A stretch of 64,000 nucleotides of DNA from Phoronis australis (GCA_002633005.1 NMRA01000773.1:19631-83630), one strand, 5' to 3'; counted from the stretch's first letter, positions 1 to 12,220 are shown. Notes: generated by a model from the letters alone, not told the origin. Numbers and translations are program-made.

Positions 1-502
1 CTACATTCGTCTTGCTTATTTCTATCTGAAGCTACAATTGTATTTATTTTCAGTTTCTTTTATAATGTGCAGAAGCACTTGTACTTCACCTTATTCATGA
101 TGTGTAACTTTTCTTTTTGCTTGTGTTTCCTTCAAAGAATATGTTCACCTGTGGACAGTATTTAACATGGAACATTATACTAATGTTAAAATCTGTCATT
201 GTCCTGTGCATTGTCTATTTCAAGGTTATCAAATGAATACGTGACTATGAATTGATGGTGTTATTCTACTAAATCTTGTTTCCTTATCCTATAAACATTT
301 TGTGCAGTTAAAGTTTTTATTTACGTTTTGAAAGGCATGGAGCGGTAGCAGATAGTTACAACAGGGAGCATCTGAAGCTGTTGGTGAGAAGGATGGCACT
401 GATGAACAGGAAGCTGTACTATGTGGACTACACGATATGTTTAGACCGGCACCGACTGCACAGACTTTTGTCAAGGTAATTAAACTTAAGAAAAATTTCA
501 TA

Positions 503-2510
503 ATTTTCCTCACATTTTTGTTTAAGAGATGACGAACTTCATCCATCGAGGGAGGGGTGTAACATGATGAGCTTAGTACTGCACTCTTTGTTTATACTGT
601 TAGCTGCAATTAATCATAGCCAACAACATTATACATAGTGTATGCTAGTAGCGGTGTTGTCTCAGTCATGCTTTGTATGCTGTAGAGTTCAGATCACTTA
701 TTATAAACAAGTCTCTTTTGCCTTAGTCTTGATAGTACATAAACTATTACTGGGAACAGTGTTCTTCACAAAGGCAACATTTTTTCATGTCATTTTAGTA
801 AAAATAAGGCTTGTTGATTATACCAGACATGTTTTTCAGTTAATTAATTACTCGTCCCCTACTCCGGAAGTGACCTTTTGGGAGTCCAGAATTATGCGCT
901 TCTTATTTTCCTATAGTCTGATTGTCAGAACTGTTGTGTCAGTCATTGTTCTATCTCGGTTGTGATAAGTTCGATCATACTTTACTTTTGTTTACGTGTC
1001 AGTCAACATGCCACATACTTACTGCATACCGGGATGTACTCATTATCGTCTAATGCACTCTAGGTGTACCATTACATCACTGCATGCAGTTCGACACCCA
1101 GTCTGTCGTTCAATGAATAGGCCTGTGAGCCAAATTTTGATAAGTTTGTTCTGGACTTGTCTAAAGTATTGGAGCTATTTAGAAGGTGCCAGGTGTATGT
1201 ATGTGTGGCGAAGGAGTCACATGGTGGTATGTAAGCGGTTTGGGTGCTCAGGTGACCATCCAGTGGAAACAGCATAGGTATTCCATTGAGGTTGGCATTA
1301 CCATGCACACCGTGCATTTGCACCAAGACGTCCCACCACATCTGTCCCCAGTCTCTGCCTCATTCCTCTCAAAAACTGTGCCTGTGCGTACTCTGCCTCA
1401 TTGTACTGGAGCTCAAACATATATATACCTGTTATGTTATGAATGAATATAGTAGACACTAGATAAACACAGATTGACTAGGAACANATTTTCCTCACAT
1501 TTTTGTTTTTTTTTGTTTAAGAGGTGACGAACTTCATGTATCGAGGGAGGGTTGTAACATGATGACCTCAGTACTTCATTCTTTATTGTACTGTCAACTG
1601 CAATTAATCATGGCCAACAACATTATACATAGTGTATGCTAGTAGCGGTGTTGTCTCAGTCATGCTTTGCATGCTGTAGAGTTGAGGTCTCTTATTATAA
1701 ACAAGTCTCTTTTGCCTTAGTGTCGATAGTACATAAAATATTACTGGGAACAGTGTTCTTCACAAAGGCAACATTTTTTCATGTCATTTTAGTAAAAATA
1801 GGCTTGTTGATTATACCAGACATGTTTTTCAGTTAATTACAGCTTCATGTAATTTAATTAATTACTCGTCCCCTACTCCGAAAGTGACCTTCAGGGAGTC
1901 CAGAATTCTTATTTCCCTATAGTCTGATTGTGAGAACTGTTGAGTCAGTCATTGTTCTATCACGGTTGTGATCAGTTTGATCATAGTTTACTTTTGTTTA
2001 CGAGTCAGTCAACATGCCACATAGTTGCCGCATACCAGGATGTACTCATTATCGTCTCGCGCACTCTACATGTAGGTGTACCATTACATCACTGCATGTA
2101 GTTCGACACCCAGTGAGGAGGACAGTTCGTCGTTCAATGAATAGGCCTGTGAGCCAAATGTTGATAAGTTTGTTGTAGACTTGTCTAAAGTATTGAAGCT
2201 ATTTAGAAGGTGCCAGGTGTATGTACGTGTGGCGAAGGAGTCACATGGCGGTATGTAAGCGGTTTGGGTGCTCAGGTGACCATCCAGTGGAAACAGCATA
2301 GGCATTCCATTGAGGTCGGCATTACAGTGCACGCCGTGCATTTGCACCAAGACGTCCCACCACATCTGTCCTCAGTCTCTGCCTCATTCCTCTCAAAAGC
2401 TGTGCCTGTGCGTACTCTGCCTCATTATACTGGCGCTCAAACATTTATATACCTGTTATGTTATGAATGAATATAGTAGACACTAGATAAACACAGATTG
2501 ACTTGGAACA
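503..2510. repeat. ~1-kb direct tandem duplication (503-1486 / 1488-2510) joined at a single N
   Basis: Both copies start ttttcctcacattttt...gtttaagag(a/g)tgacgaacttc and end ...gattgact(a/t)ggaaca. They differ by scattered substitutions and small indels. The junction base 1487 is n. Confidence 0.9.
770..1420 (+). mobile_element. Decayed Kolobok-type element, family B (left end, THAP start, Zn-finger fragment)
   Basis: aaggcaacattttttcatgtcattttag matches the TIR at 46840. MPHTYCIPGCTHYR matches the THAP start at 47064. The CGEGVTWWYVSGLGAQVTIQW segment matches 47700-47770. Confidence 0.75.
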
Positions 2511-2842
2511 GTATATTATGTGGTTTATTCCAATATGGCTCAGACTGGAAGAAGAGGGAGGAAGCTCTAGTACAGCCACCCACTTACCGTCCGTGAAAAA
2601 AATACACAATCACCACTGCTATGACATGGGTGGCACGGCACTGAAAAAAGTGGGGGCTAAAGCCCCTTCTGTAGTGAACCGCCCATGAACAATATCTCTG
2701 TTGCTCACTTTGTTACGGTCACTGTGAGATGGGTTGCCGACGAGAAGCTCTACAGTAATTAATTGAAAAATATGTATTGTATAACCAACGAACCTTAGTT
2801 TTTACAAAAAGTAACATGAAAAAAGGTTGCCTTCGCCTTTAA
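1763..2842 (+). mobile_element. Decayed Kolobok-type element, family B, with right TIR and TTAA
   Basis: Left end as at 770. Encodes KFVVDLSKVLKLFRRCQV..CGEGVTWRYVSGLGAQVTIQW. Right end catgaaaaaaggttgccttcgcct|TTAA (2839-2842) is identical to the end at 48129. Confidence 0.8.
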
Positions 2843-3277
2843 GTCTACTGTGGAAGCAGCTGAAAAATACGAATAGGAATAAAAAATATAGTATGTATTT
2901 GATAGCTGTAATGATTTTGCTGCATTTTCTTTTAGTATTGGGCCATTATACCAGGCAGGTGTTGAATACCGTGATGCGACATCGTGATGCATTGTGGATA
3001 CTGCCACCAAATACTGGTAAGTGTAGAGTTATGAATCCAATTGTTTTTAACTTCAGTTTGGTGGAGGTTATATTTCGAGCTGTTCCTCAATCAAAAATTT
3101 GAAAAATAACTCGGAAGTTATTTCTTTTGTTTGTGATAATTCTCATATTGCCTAGCGTTGTTTGTTATTGTGCAGCCGGATTTAGGGGAGGTGGGACCAT
3201 AGACTATAGAATGTGGACCACCAAGTCTGTATATTTTCAGCAGCAGTTTACATACTCTGTGAGACATTTCATTTTAA

Positions 3278-5091
3278 TGTTATCTCCAACCTGATTCACA
3301 AAAAATGGACGACTCAATGGAATTCGCTGAAACTTTCCAAACTTAATATTTAGTCATCAATCTCAAAAACACTGTTAAGATTTTTGATATAAAGGCCTAG
3401 TTTTTGCTTAATGTGACAAAGATGAATACGACTTCAACTTTTTACCAAAATACCTTACATTTTGCGAGTTGATTTGTCATAGAAACCAAATGAACAGACT
3501 AATTGAAAATTCCTTACAGTGTTTTTAAGGTAACTGGTGAAGTTTTCATTTAAAAAAAGTTTCATTAAAATCGACCGAGGGGTTATTTTGCTATGAATGT
3601 ACCTTTCTCAAAAATGAAATTTTGACTTAAAAAAGGTTTTTACTTAAAAATAATTATGGCACATAAATATAAAAAGTATATTTATATTTCCTGGTCTTTG
3701 TTTTTTTCAGAAAATATATACTTTTACCAGTTGAAAAAGCTTAGTTTTTTTTTGATATACCGTATTCGCCGTAATAACCGCCCATGCCCCTATAAGTGCC
3801 CCCCACGTGTTTTCAGACTTATGCTAAAATAAGCACCCAGTCCATGAACGTGTACGTGAGAAAAATGTNCTATAAGCGCCCCCCCACGCGTTTTCAGACT
3901 TATGCTAAAATAAGCGCCCAGTCCATGAGTGTGTACGTGAGAAAAATGTCTTACCTACAGTCCTAAAATTCTATAGTAACGTCATCAATTTATCAATAAT
4001 ATCCGACAATCATGAAAAAATCATTGTGCGCAGAATTTGTAGACCACGAGCCTTGCCGCTATTTAGCCGTGACTATACACTTCAAACTTCTGCCATGCCT
4101 CAAAACGAACACAAAAGTTTTGCTGATCTTGCGAGGACCAATGGTCTGACCTTTCAGAGCAGACGTAGTGTACTTGTCTACAGGATTGCTTTGTAGATAT
4201 TAACCGTTTTCAACAGGAATCCAAATTTCTTCGTACACGTGAAGACGAATAAAAAGCTTGGCCAGTGTTACAAGCACGTAGCCAGGAAGCGCGCGCTACA
4301 TACATGAACCTGTCATTAAAGACATTACACCGAAAAATAACTGTCACGTACGCATCCAGCCACACGGCGACTAATATGGGCCACCAAGTGCTGAATGAGA
4401 CACGCTCTGGTTTAGGCCTACTGCTTGTGCAAATTTCTTTAGATACAATGCACATGTAGTAGCCCGTTAGATTGCGTGGCTCTGGCCAAAAGACGGTCTC
4501 TGCTCTGACAAATGAACTCTGGTGTCACGCACACGCTCGCTTACTCAACACAGACGAACTTCAAAACAAACGTCACGTGACAACATGTGTGTTCTTCCAG
4601 AAATTTTTCTCATGTTGCCGATCATGCATGTAAATGGCACGTTGTAGCACAGATTGTACTTAAACCTGCCGTTAATCCCGACTCCACGGGAACTTAAAAA
4701 TCTTAGGGGCGCTATTTGGAAAACTTCAGGAGGATTTCAGGTAATTTGCTTGAGTCGAAACTGTATTTTTATTCAAGAATTCAAGTCGCCATATCGATGA
4801 TTGCGACGCAGTCAGTCGGTGAGTTTTCGCCCTGGGATTTCAGCACAATTTTCTGTAAAATGATGGCAATGCACCACAATTTTGTAGTAAGTCTTTCATA
4901 GATTACAGATACGTCACAGAGCGTAAATGTGATGAATCTTAGCTTCCGATTTAACCCGTTGGAGACCGGCTTTCAACGGCCTTGGGTTATAATAATCCCC
5001 CCAACGAACTTTACTAAGCGCCCTGGGCGGTTATTACAGAGAATACGGTATGAGTCAGAATGGAGGCCATTAAATAAGGTTGGAGATAACC
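3278..5091. mobile_element. TTAA-flanked MITE (Kolobok-type termini)
   Basis: TTAA|tgttatctccaacct ... aggttggagataacc|TTAA. The body matches 15185-15720. Confidence 0.75.
3760..5048. mobile_element. Tc1/mariner-pogo-type non-autonomous element with TA TSD
   Basis: TA|CCGTATTcgccgtaataaccgccca ... tgggcggttattacagagAATACGG|TA. The empty site is visible in the paralog at ~15645 (gataTAcgagttagaatgg). Confidence 0.85.
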
Positions 5092-7879
5092 TTAAGCTTG
5101 AATGCACGCCGGTGCCACTCTAAATTTCTGAACTCTACTATTGGAAGACCTTGAACAGCGTTTCAGTGCTGATATGTTTTTTCATTGTAGTAGACAGAAA
5201 AGATAAAATTTGCGGCCACTGTACACTAACGGGAACCTGAGTTTTGTTATGTTGAGAGGGTGGTGACTCCGGTGGGATATTTTATGAGTAACTGTCGAGA
5301 GTCATGAATCTGTTGTCTATAATCTATGGCGGGACAAAATAAAAAGTGGGCTCCTACCATAATATCCTAGATCAGACTCTACATTGCAGCACTCTGGAAC
5401 ACTTATTTCCATTTCAACATTTATGCAATATATTGCTCTGTAACATATGTTATTCCAGATGTGCTGTCGAGGGGTAACCTCACTTCAAGGTGCATAACAC
5501 TTATGACATCCTGGTGGACAACCCGCTTGACTTCCAGGTATGTAACCCCTTGTACAAGATTGTAATATCATACTTGAATTTGTAGGAGGAGAGTGTTAAC
5601 TCAAAAACTTATCATTTTAAAAGACTCAAGTTCATTCACTACCTGTTTTCTAAATAAAGATTTCCAGTTGCAAGACTGGGCAGTGAATTTGTATTCAAAA
5701 TACCATAACGCACTCTCTGGAACACAAAACACTGAATTTGTTTTCTTTAGCATGCATAATGAGACGAGAAGACCGGAGATTCAACCAGTGATTGGTTTTC
5801 ATGAAATCTGAAGGTCTCTGATGTCAACATATTGAGTTTTCTTGATACCTTTTGACCACATAAAGTTTCTTTATTTTTCAGAATATTGCCTAGAATTGCA
5901 GACTGGGAATCTTCCAAGACGAAAGCATTGCAGATGAATTTCTAGTTTTGCTTCTATTAAATGTACATTTGGAAGTTTAATAATAAGAATGTTTACGAAC
6001 CACATCTATTTTCTTTGCCATTCCAATGGTGAGCATGTGAAATGAAGGACAATGAAGCATATTATTTAAAAGGCTCCTAAACTGGGATATTAACACATTA
6101 GGAACCCTTTCTAAGCATCTTCAACCGCCAAGCATTAGTAATGCTTTAGGTCATGTACACAACAAAAGTGAGGACAAACCACTGTCTAAGAATCATTTTG
6201 TGTTTTCTGTTGAATCCACCCTCCTCTCTCAAGTCAGAGCCCAATCCTCCATTAGCAGGAGAATGAATATGATTTGTTAAAATTGCAAAAAGAGGGTTTA
6301 ATATCCTAAAACTGATAACCCTTGCAGGTGCGAATGGTACTAGAGTCACCAGTGGTTGTCTCCACATATCCTGAAGACAAATGATACCTTGAAGTTAACC
6401 CCATGTTTTGTAATGTATAGTCATCATGATTCAAACTTATTCAGAAAATTGTATTGAAATGTTCTGAATTTGTCACTTTGAACAATCAGAAATGATTAAA
6501 GGCACTTGAAGTAATTTGTTATCGTGAAATTTTCAATTGCAAAGTTCTGCTCAAATTGTTTCCTTTGAAACATTTTAACCGGCTAATTAGCACACATTCT
6601 GCCTAAGTGTCGAAAAAAGCAAAGTGCCTCTTTCGAATTATGATCAGACCATTTCACAATGTTTAATATAAATTGTACTTTGGTTGACACAAATATTTAC
6701 ATGTTGGGAGCTTGCATTCGCGTCATTTTTAAGCCGAAAGTTTGATCGCCGAGCGATTCCAATAGGGGCCGGCTGTCGAGAGTGTGTCCCGTATTGGAAT
6801 CGGCGACAATAGGCCTTTAAAGTTGGTGCAAAATACGTAAAAGTTCAAGGAAAGGCATTAGTTGGTCATTTCACATCAGTTTATAAACAAACTGGTCAAA
6901 ATTGTTACCTTTGAAAGGTTTTAATCAACTAATTAGCTCAAATTCCAATAGGCCTACGGGCCGGCTGTCGCCTGTCCCGTATTGGAATCGGCGATAGTAG
7001 GCCTTTAAAGTTTGTGCAAAATACGTAAAAGTTCATGGAAAGATTTTAGATGGTCCTTTTATTCTAATCAACATGCAAACTTTTAGAAATTGTTACCTTT
7101 GAAAGTTTTTAATCATCTAATTAACCCAAATTCCAATACGAACCTGACTGAGAAGGATGAGGTCGTCTGAACTGTCAAAAAAAAAAAACGCCTCTTCCGA
7201 ATTGTGATCAGACCATGTCACAATGTTCAATATAAAGTGTAGTTTGGTTGACACAATTATTTCGATGTTGGGAGCTTTGCATTCATGTCCTTTTGAAGCT
7301 GTGATCGCCGCGCGATTCCAATACGGGCCGCTGTCGAGTGTGTGTCCCGTATTGGAATCGGCGACAGTAGACCTTTAAAGTTGGTAGAAAATACGTGGAA
7401 ACTTAAGAGCATATTTTAGCATGATCTTTTTATATATAGCAATGTTCAAATTCGTCGAAAATGTTCTGGTAGAAGCTAAATTTTCAAAATTATTTGCCTT
7501 GCACTCCTGCAACTCGTAAGAGCCGCCATTTTGAATTTAGACTCTGTCAATCTCGCACAAAGACTGAGGATTTAATAGCAACACGACGTTGTGGGTGTCC
7601 GTTTTATATTAAAACTATGAAAGGAAACTTCCATTTTATGAAAACATAGCGAATTATAAAGTTTTGTAGTCAATTTATCGTTTTAAAGCATTATTCCGAT
7701 ACGGGCCGTTCCCGTATTGGATCAGTATTCCAATGACGGGCCAGATTCCAATGAATACGGGCCGGAACAAATGCTAGTTCACCCCTGACAACTAGACCGG
7801 CAGCCCAGAGCACTTAGCATAGATGAACGAGGTACCAACATCTGACCACGGGAGCATTTAAAGTCCACCTCAGCATGTA

Positions 7880-8354
7880 CAGAAATGGACGTCTGCCGTA
7901 GTCTGCACTCTGGGTGTGACCCCTGGGGGCCTTACAAACAGCCCAAAAAATGAACTAGACTAGATATTCGAGGTACCAACCAAAACTGATTCAAAACGAA
8001 CAATAGTACCGCACTGAACATTGAATGACCCATGACAGACAAACTGCACTCTAGAATGGGTCCGGCAGAAACCAAAAAAAGACCCCCAAAATTGTGCTAG
8101 CACATACATTCGAGATACCACAAAAACAATTACATTAGATTCAATACATGTCACAGGTCACTAAATGCCCTATGACCGGCAGACAAAATACACTCTGAAT
8201 TGTCCCTGGCAGAAACCCTCAAAAATCTCAACCACGGTTTGCCATTTTTGAGACAGTTAGATTTTCAAGGTATCGGCTTAAACTGATTTAAAACCACCAA
8301 TCGTGCTGCACTGAAAACCCAATGACCCGTGAAAGACAAATTTTACTCGGAAAT
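7880..8354. repeat. Diverged satellite-like repeat (~148/296-bp period) running into a gap
   Basis: aaactgatt..aaac..caat.gt..gcactgaa..aatgaccc.tga.agacaaa at ~7984 and ~8280, with a half-unit near 8160. Confidence 0.55.
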
Positions 8355-8438
8355 NNNNNNNNNNNNNNNNNNNNNNNNNNNNNNNNNNNNNNNNNNNNNN
8401 NNNNNNNNNNNNNNNNNNNNNNNNNNNNNNNNNNNNNN
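8355..8438. other. Assembly gap
   Basis: Run of N. Confidence 1.
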
Positions 8439-10429
8439 ATAGCAATATTCAAATTCGTCGAAAATGTTCTGGTAGAAGCTAAATTTTAACAATTATTTGC
8501 CTTGCACTCCTGCAACTCGGAATAGCCGCCATTTTGAATTTAGCCTCGATCAATCTCGCACAAAGATTGAGGATTAATAGCTTCACGACGTTGTGGGTGT
8601 CCGTTTTATATTAAAAATATGAAAGGAAACCTCCATTTTATGAAAACATAGCGAATTATAAAGTTTTGTAGTCAATTTATCGTTTTACAGCATTATTCCA
8701 ATACGGGCTGCCCGTATTGGAATTCCAATACGGGCCGTGCCCGTATTGGAATATTCCAATACGGGCCAGATTCCAATACGGGCCGGAACATTGGCATTCT
8801 ATGGTTTAGGGGTTAAATAAGACTAAAGTTTTGGTTTGGGGCGGAGGCGACAGATAATTTGCCAAGTTGCCTAAAATCCTTTAAAACCTCGAGTGTCTAG
8901 ATTAGAGGAGGAAGTGCAAGCACACTTGTTTTTTTTCGGGAATGTTCACCATTTGTTAAAGGTATCCTGAACATTTCCAGTCGATTTCTATAAAAGTGGA
9001 CTTAATAAAAATAGCAGATCCTCATATCGGAAGTCAACAAACTTGAATTTGCCCCCTAAACAGATACAAGCTAAATCCACTCAATTTTTTCCACAACGCT
9101 CTGTTCGTTATCAGACAACTGTACAGCGAGCTCAAATTTTAAAAATGGCTGTACAGTATTAGTGGCAGGTTTATTCGATACGTTACGATACGTTGTCAAG
9201 CAAGCCCAAGAGTTGAGTGAAGTCAGCGCTCTGCTTGCTCACGCCGCTTCATAGTTTTAGGGGACGAGGTCGTCTTGACCCCCACCCTGCTCTACAAAAT
9301 ACAACCCACGACACGTTTTTTCGAAAGAAGTTACGCTAGCGGTAGTTTCACGGTGTTCGCCTTGAAATTTCCTTGATTTTTATGCTTCCTCTGGACGGGT
9401 TCGGTTGCTGTGGGTTTGGATGCGTTAGAAACCTATCTGTTGCATGGTTTTACTAAGCAACGCTTTTGAATCTGACCTCGCAACACTGGGGAATTTTCTG
9501 AACGGCCCAGCGAATGAAGTTGCATTACGTAAATACAAACCAAATCTTCAATCAAATTGGTGTGTTTGCTGTTTCCGGGCCGAATAAATTCTCGTCCTAA
9601 TGAACACGGCTTTAGAGAAGTAAGTTGGTAAGGTCAGGGTAACACGGGGCAGCAGATAGCTACATTAGATAACTCAGTAAACTCATATAATACAGTGTAT
9701 TTACAAGTATTAGCAACAATATGACAGAATACACGACTTGCATAGAATAGCCACCGACAAATGTACGAATTTAGAGCAACATTTAACATGGTGGACAAGT
9801 AGTATTTTATATTTTCATTTTCCATAAAAGGTATCGCATTTTAATTAATGTTTTGCCACACTGAGGTTGTGTACCACAACTACCAGACAGTGTTTTAAAC
9901 ACACAAAAATGAAAAAGAGGAACTTTTGCAGTTATGTTGGTCTACAACGTATACAACCTTTCACCTAGGAACAGTGGTCTGTATACCAGGTTTGAAGGTA
10001 TTTTGCATTTTAGACAATGTCATGAAACTCTTAAAAAGTTCATAGGCCTTGGTTTCATTACAAAAGATCCCAAGGTATGTACCTCAGTGAGGACAAAATT
10101 CTTTGTTCAGTCACAGGTCAAGTGATATGAGGGGCTAATCAAGCTACATGAATAGCTATTGGTTGCAGTTCCTCCTGGGATTCTTTTGAAAGTGCAAGTT
10201 AAGATATCACCCTGCAGAGGCACAGATCCTGCACTTCCTTTCACAAAAACATTGTGCCTTGGATAAAGCTGGGGTTACGCAGGACCCTAAACATGTCTAA
10301 ATTGGGCCAACGTCCGAACTGGGTAATTGGACTCGTGTGAAACTTTCCGATACTATGCATTATGAAATGTATTTCCAAAATGCCAGATAATGCAGAGAAA
10401 CCACCATATGCCAGCATACATTGTGCAAG

Positions 10430-11618
10430 GCACTGAAATGATTTCTGAAGACAACAAGCACAAAAGTTGAACAAGAGGAAAAAAGACATGACAGTTGTGT
10501 GCGGTTTTGAATCATGTACTTTACAGTGATAGACAACAGAAAGTCCAACAGGAACGAAGTTGTCCTGACAGTGGAGATGTTAGGTTTTTATGAAAACTGA
10601 CGAGTGGCTCCCCTGTACCTGTCCCCTTTCCCTCCCTCTCTGACTCAACACAATCAATCAACAAAAATCCCAAGTTTAAACAAGTGACTAGTTGATTCTC
10701 TTGTACAATAATTTACGTCAGGTTCCTTAAGGTCTTATATCAATATGCAATACAACTACAAGACAATAGTATTCACACAAATAAGCCATTCCTGGTCATC
10801 ATGGCTAATTTTGTTAACAGCAAAAATGTCAGGTAATAAATTGGGGCACAACTGAAACTGCAGAATAGCTTAGTTACCTCAATGACTTTCTTGTTAATTT
10901 CCATTTCTTCTCAGTCAGAAGGGAAGACCTCTCTGGCAACAAATTTGGCTTCCACCAAGCCACCATGAAGGGGAATTGTGTGTCATTTTGTCTGAAAACT
11001 TTTGGCTTATATTGTAACTCCAGTACTAGAGAAGTGTCAACAAAAACTGCGAGGTTAGTTGAATTTCAGACTGGCTACAACAGTTAACCGACAGGGAAGT
11101 TATTGCAGTTTGATGTTTTAGTAATTAAAGTTATTGCAAGATGATGGCCCAAAAACGTTATGCAAAATGTATTTTTTAACTTTGAAGAACCTTACATGAG
11201 GTTGGATAAGAAGCAAATGAAGTGCTTACAGTAATTACAGTAATTTCATTGAGAACCCCCCCCTCCTTTTGGGCCAAATCACCACAATTATATAATATAA
11301 GCTGTCCAATCACACGATCCTCTTCCTGGAGCAATTCACACATACCATCCAATGTAGCATATGTGTACATAATGTGTACATATGGTCTACTTCAAAAACA
11401 TGCACCAAAAATTAAAATAAATAATTGTATGAACTAACAGAATCATACCAAACATTTTGCTAGCATGCTATTTACTGGTGACTGCACTATGTATTTCACT
11501 CTGCATCGCGCCAATCAATCCAGGAAGCTGAATCTTCTCAGTCTTTTGAGGACTTGTCTTGTTGAATGGACAAACTTTCAAATGCTCCGAAATAGGATTA
11601 TGTCCAGTGAAGTGCCAC
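10430..11618 (-). pseudogene. Putative decayed multi-exon gene, unidentified
   Basis: Exon 10991-10878 (ttttcag|...|gtaact, 114 nt) reads TK*HTIPLHGGLVEAKFVAREVFPSD*EEMEINKKVIE. It joins in phase to gtcag|DNFVPVGLSVVYH at ~10565. Further exon-like blocks lie at ~11195-11360 and ~11475-11618. Confidence 0.35.
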
Positions 11619-12069
11619 CTGTTGACAGGGGTGAAGGCCGAGGAAAAGAACCACCTCTGAAATGAGATGCTCAGTTTTATTTGTGGTGCCAAACTGAACA
11701 GTTCCTGTTCATTATTAGCATGTTCAAGTTGGCTACACTGTTGCATGTTTTTTTTTAATATCGAAGTGCAATGAATGAATGATTTTTAGTAACTAAAATT
11801 TTGCCACTTTCATACAGTAGACATAAGTAGCATGACTCATAGTTTGTACACTTGATATTCAGAGCCTCAATTGGATACATGGACGCCAAGGCAAGCTTTC
11901 AAACTAAACTGGGCAGTGTCGAAATTTTAGGTGTGCAAAACAGCGACTAAACAATCCTTTGAATTCTGTCACAATCTTTTTTAAAAAAAAACAGTTGCAG
12001 GCGGTCTGATACATGCTGTACCAGACATGCGCAGGCCTCGTATTTTGGCCCATTGCACTGATCACCTGG

Positions 12070-12220
12070 AACTATTTCATGCTTTATTGATATATGGTTA
12101 AAACCGAGCTGAGGAGCTAGATATCTAGCTCAAGGGTTTAGCAGTATGTTCTGGTGGGACTCGAACCCACAATCTCGAGTAAAGAAAACGGGCACTTATC
12201 AACCAGGCCACACTGCCTCC
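12070..12220 (-). mobile_element. tRNA-derived SINE (degenerate tRNA head)
   Basis: Minus strand: ggaggcagtgTGGCCTGGTTGataag...gtgGGTTCGAGTCCcacca (A and B boxes). Anticodon arm is broken; followed by a short body with a gagctagatatctagctc palindrome and an A-rich end. Confidence 0.65.

Larger units (their letters stand above)
3198..5328. mobile_element. P-element-like MITE (CATAGA...TCTATG) hosting two nested insertions
   Basis: TIR catagactataga / tctataatctatg; imperfect 7-bp TSD gtgggac/gcgggac. Confidence 0.55.
2936..5945 (+). pseudogene. Three spliced exons (2936-3016, 5459-5537, 5882-~5945) of an unidentified gene or pseudogene
   Basis: Splice sites ttttcttttag|..|gtaagt, ttattccag|..|gtatgt and ttatttttcag|. 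One frame is open across both junctions to TAG at 5945; ATTAAA follows at ~5957. No family recognised. Confidence 0.5.
6550..8790. repeat. Internally repetitive element built from ttccaatacggg / cccgtattggaa palindromic motifs; its end (7436-7769) recurs at 8439-8790
   Basis: Blocks ~6550-6870 and ~7090-7420 are homologous. Both terminal copies end ...tacgggccggaaca (TGT terminus on the - strand). Confidence 0.7.

Noticed and set aside
2936-5537. Selenoprotein (in-frame TGA codons)
   Set aside because: The same frame also has TAA and TAG stops, and no SECIS was recognised.
12140-12220. Functional tRNA gene
   Set aside because: A and B boxes are present, but acceptor and anticodon arms do not pair and a SINE-like body follows.
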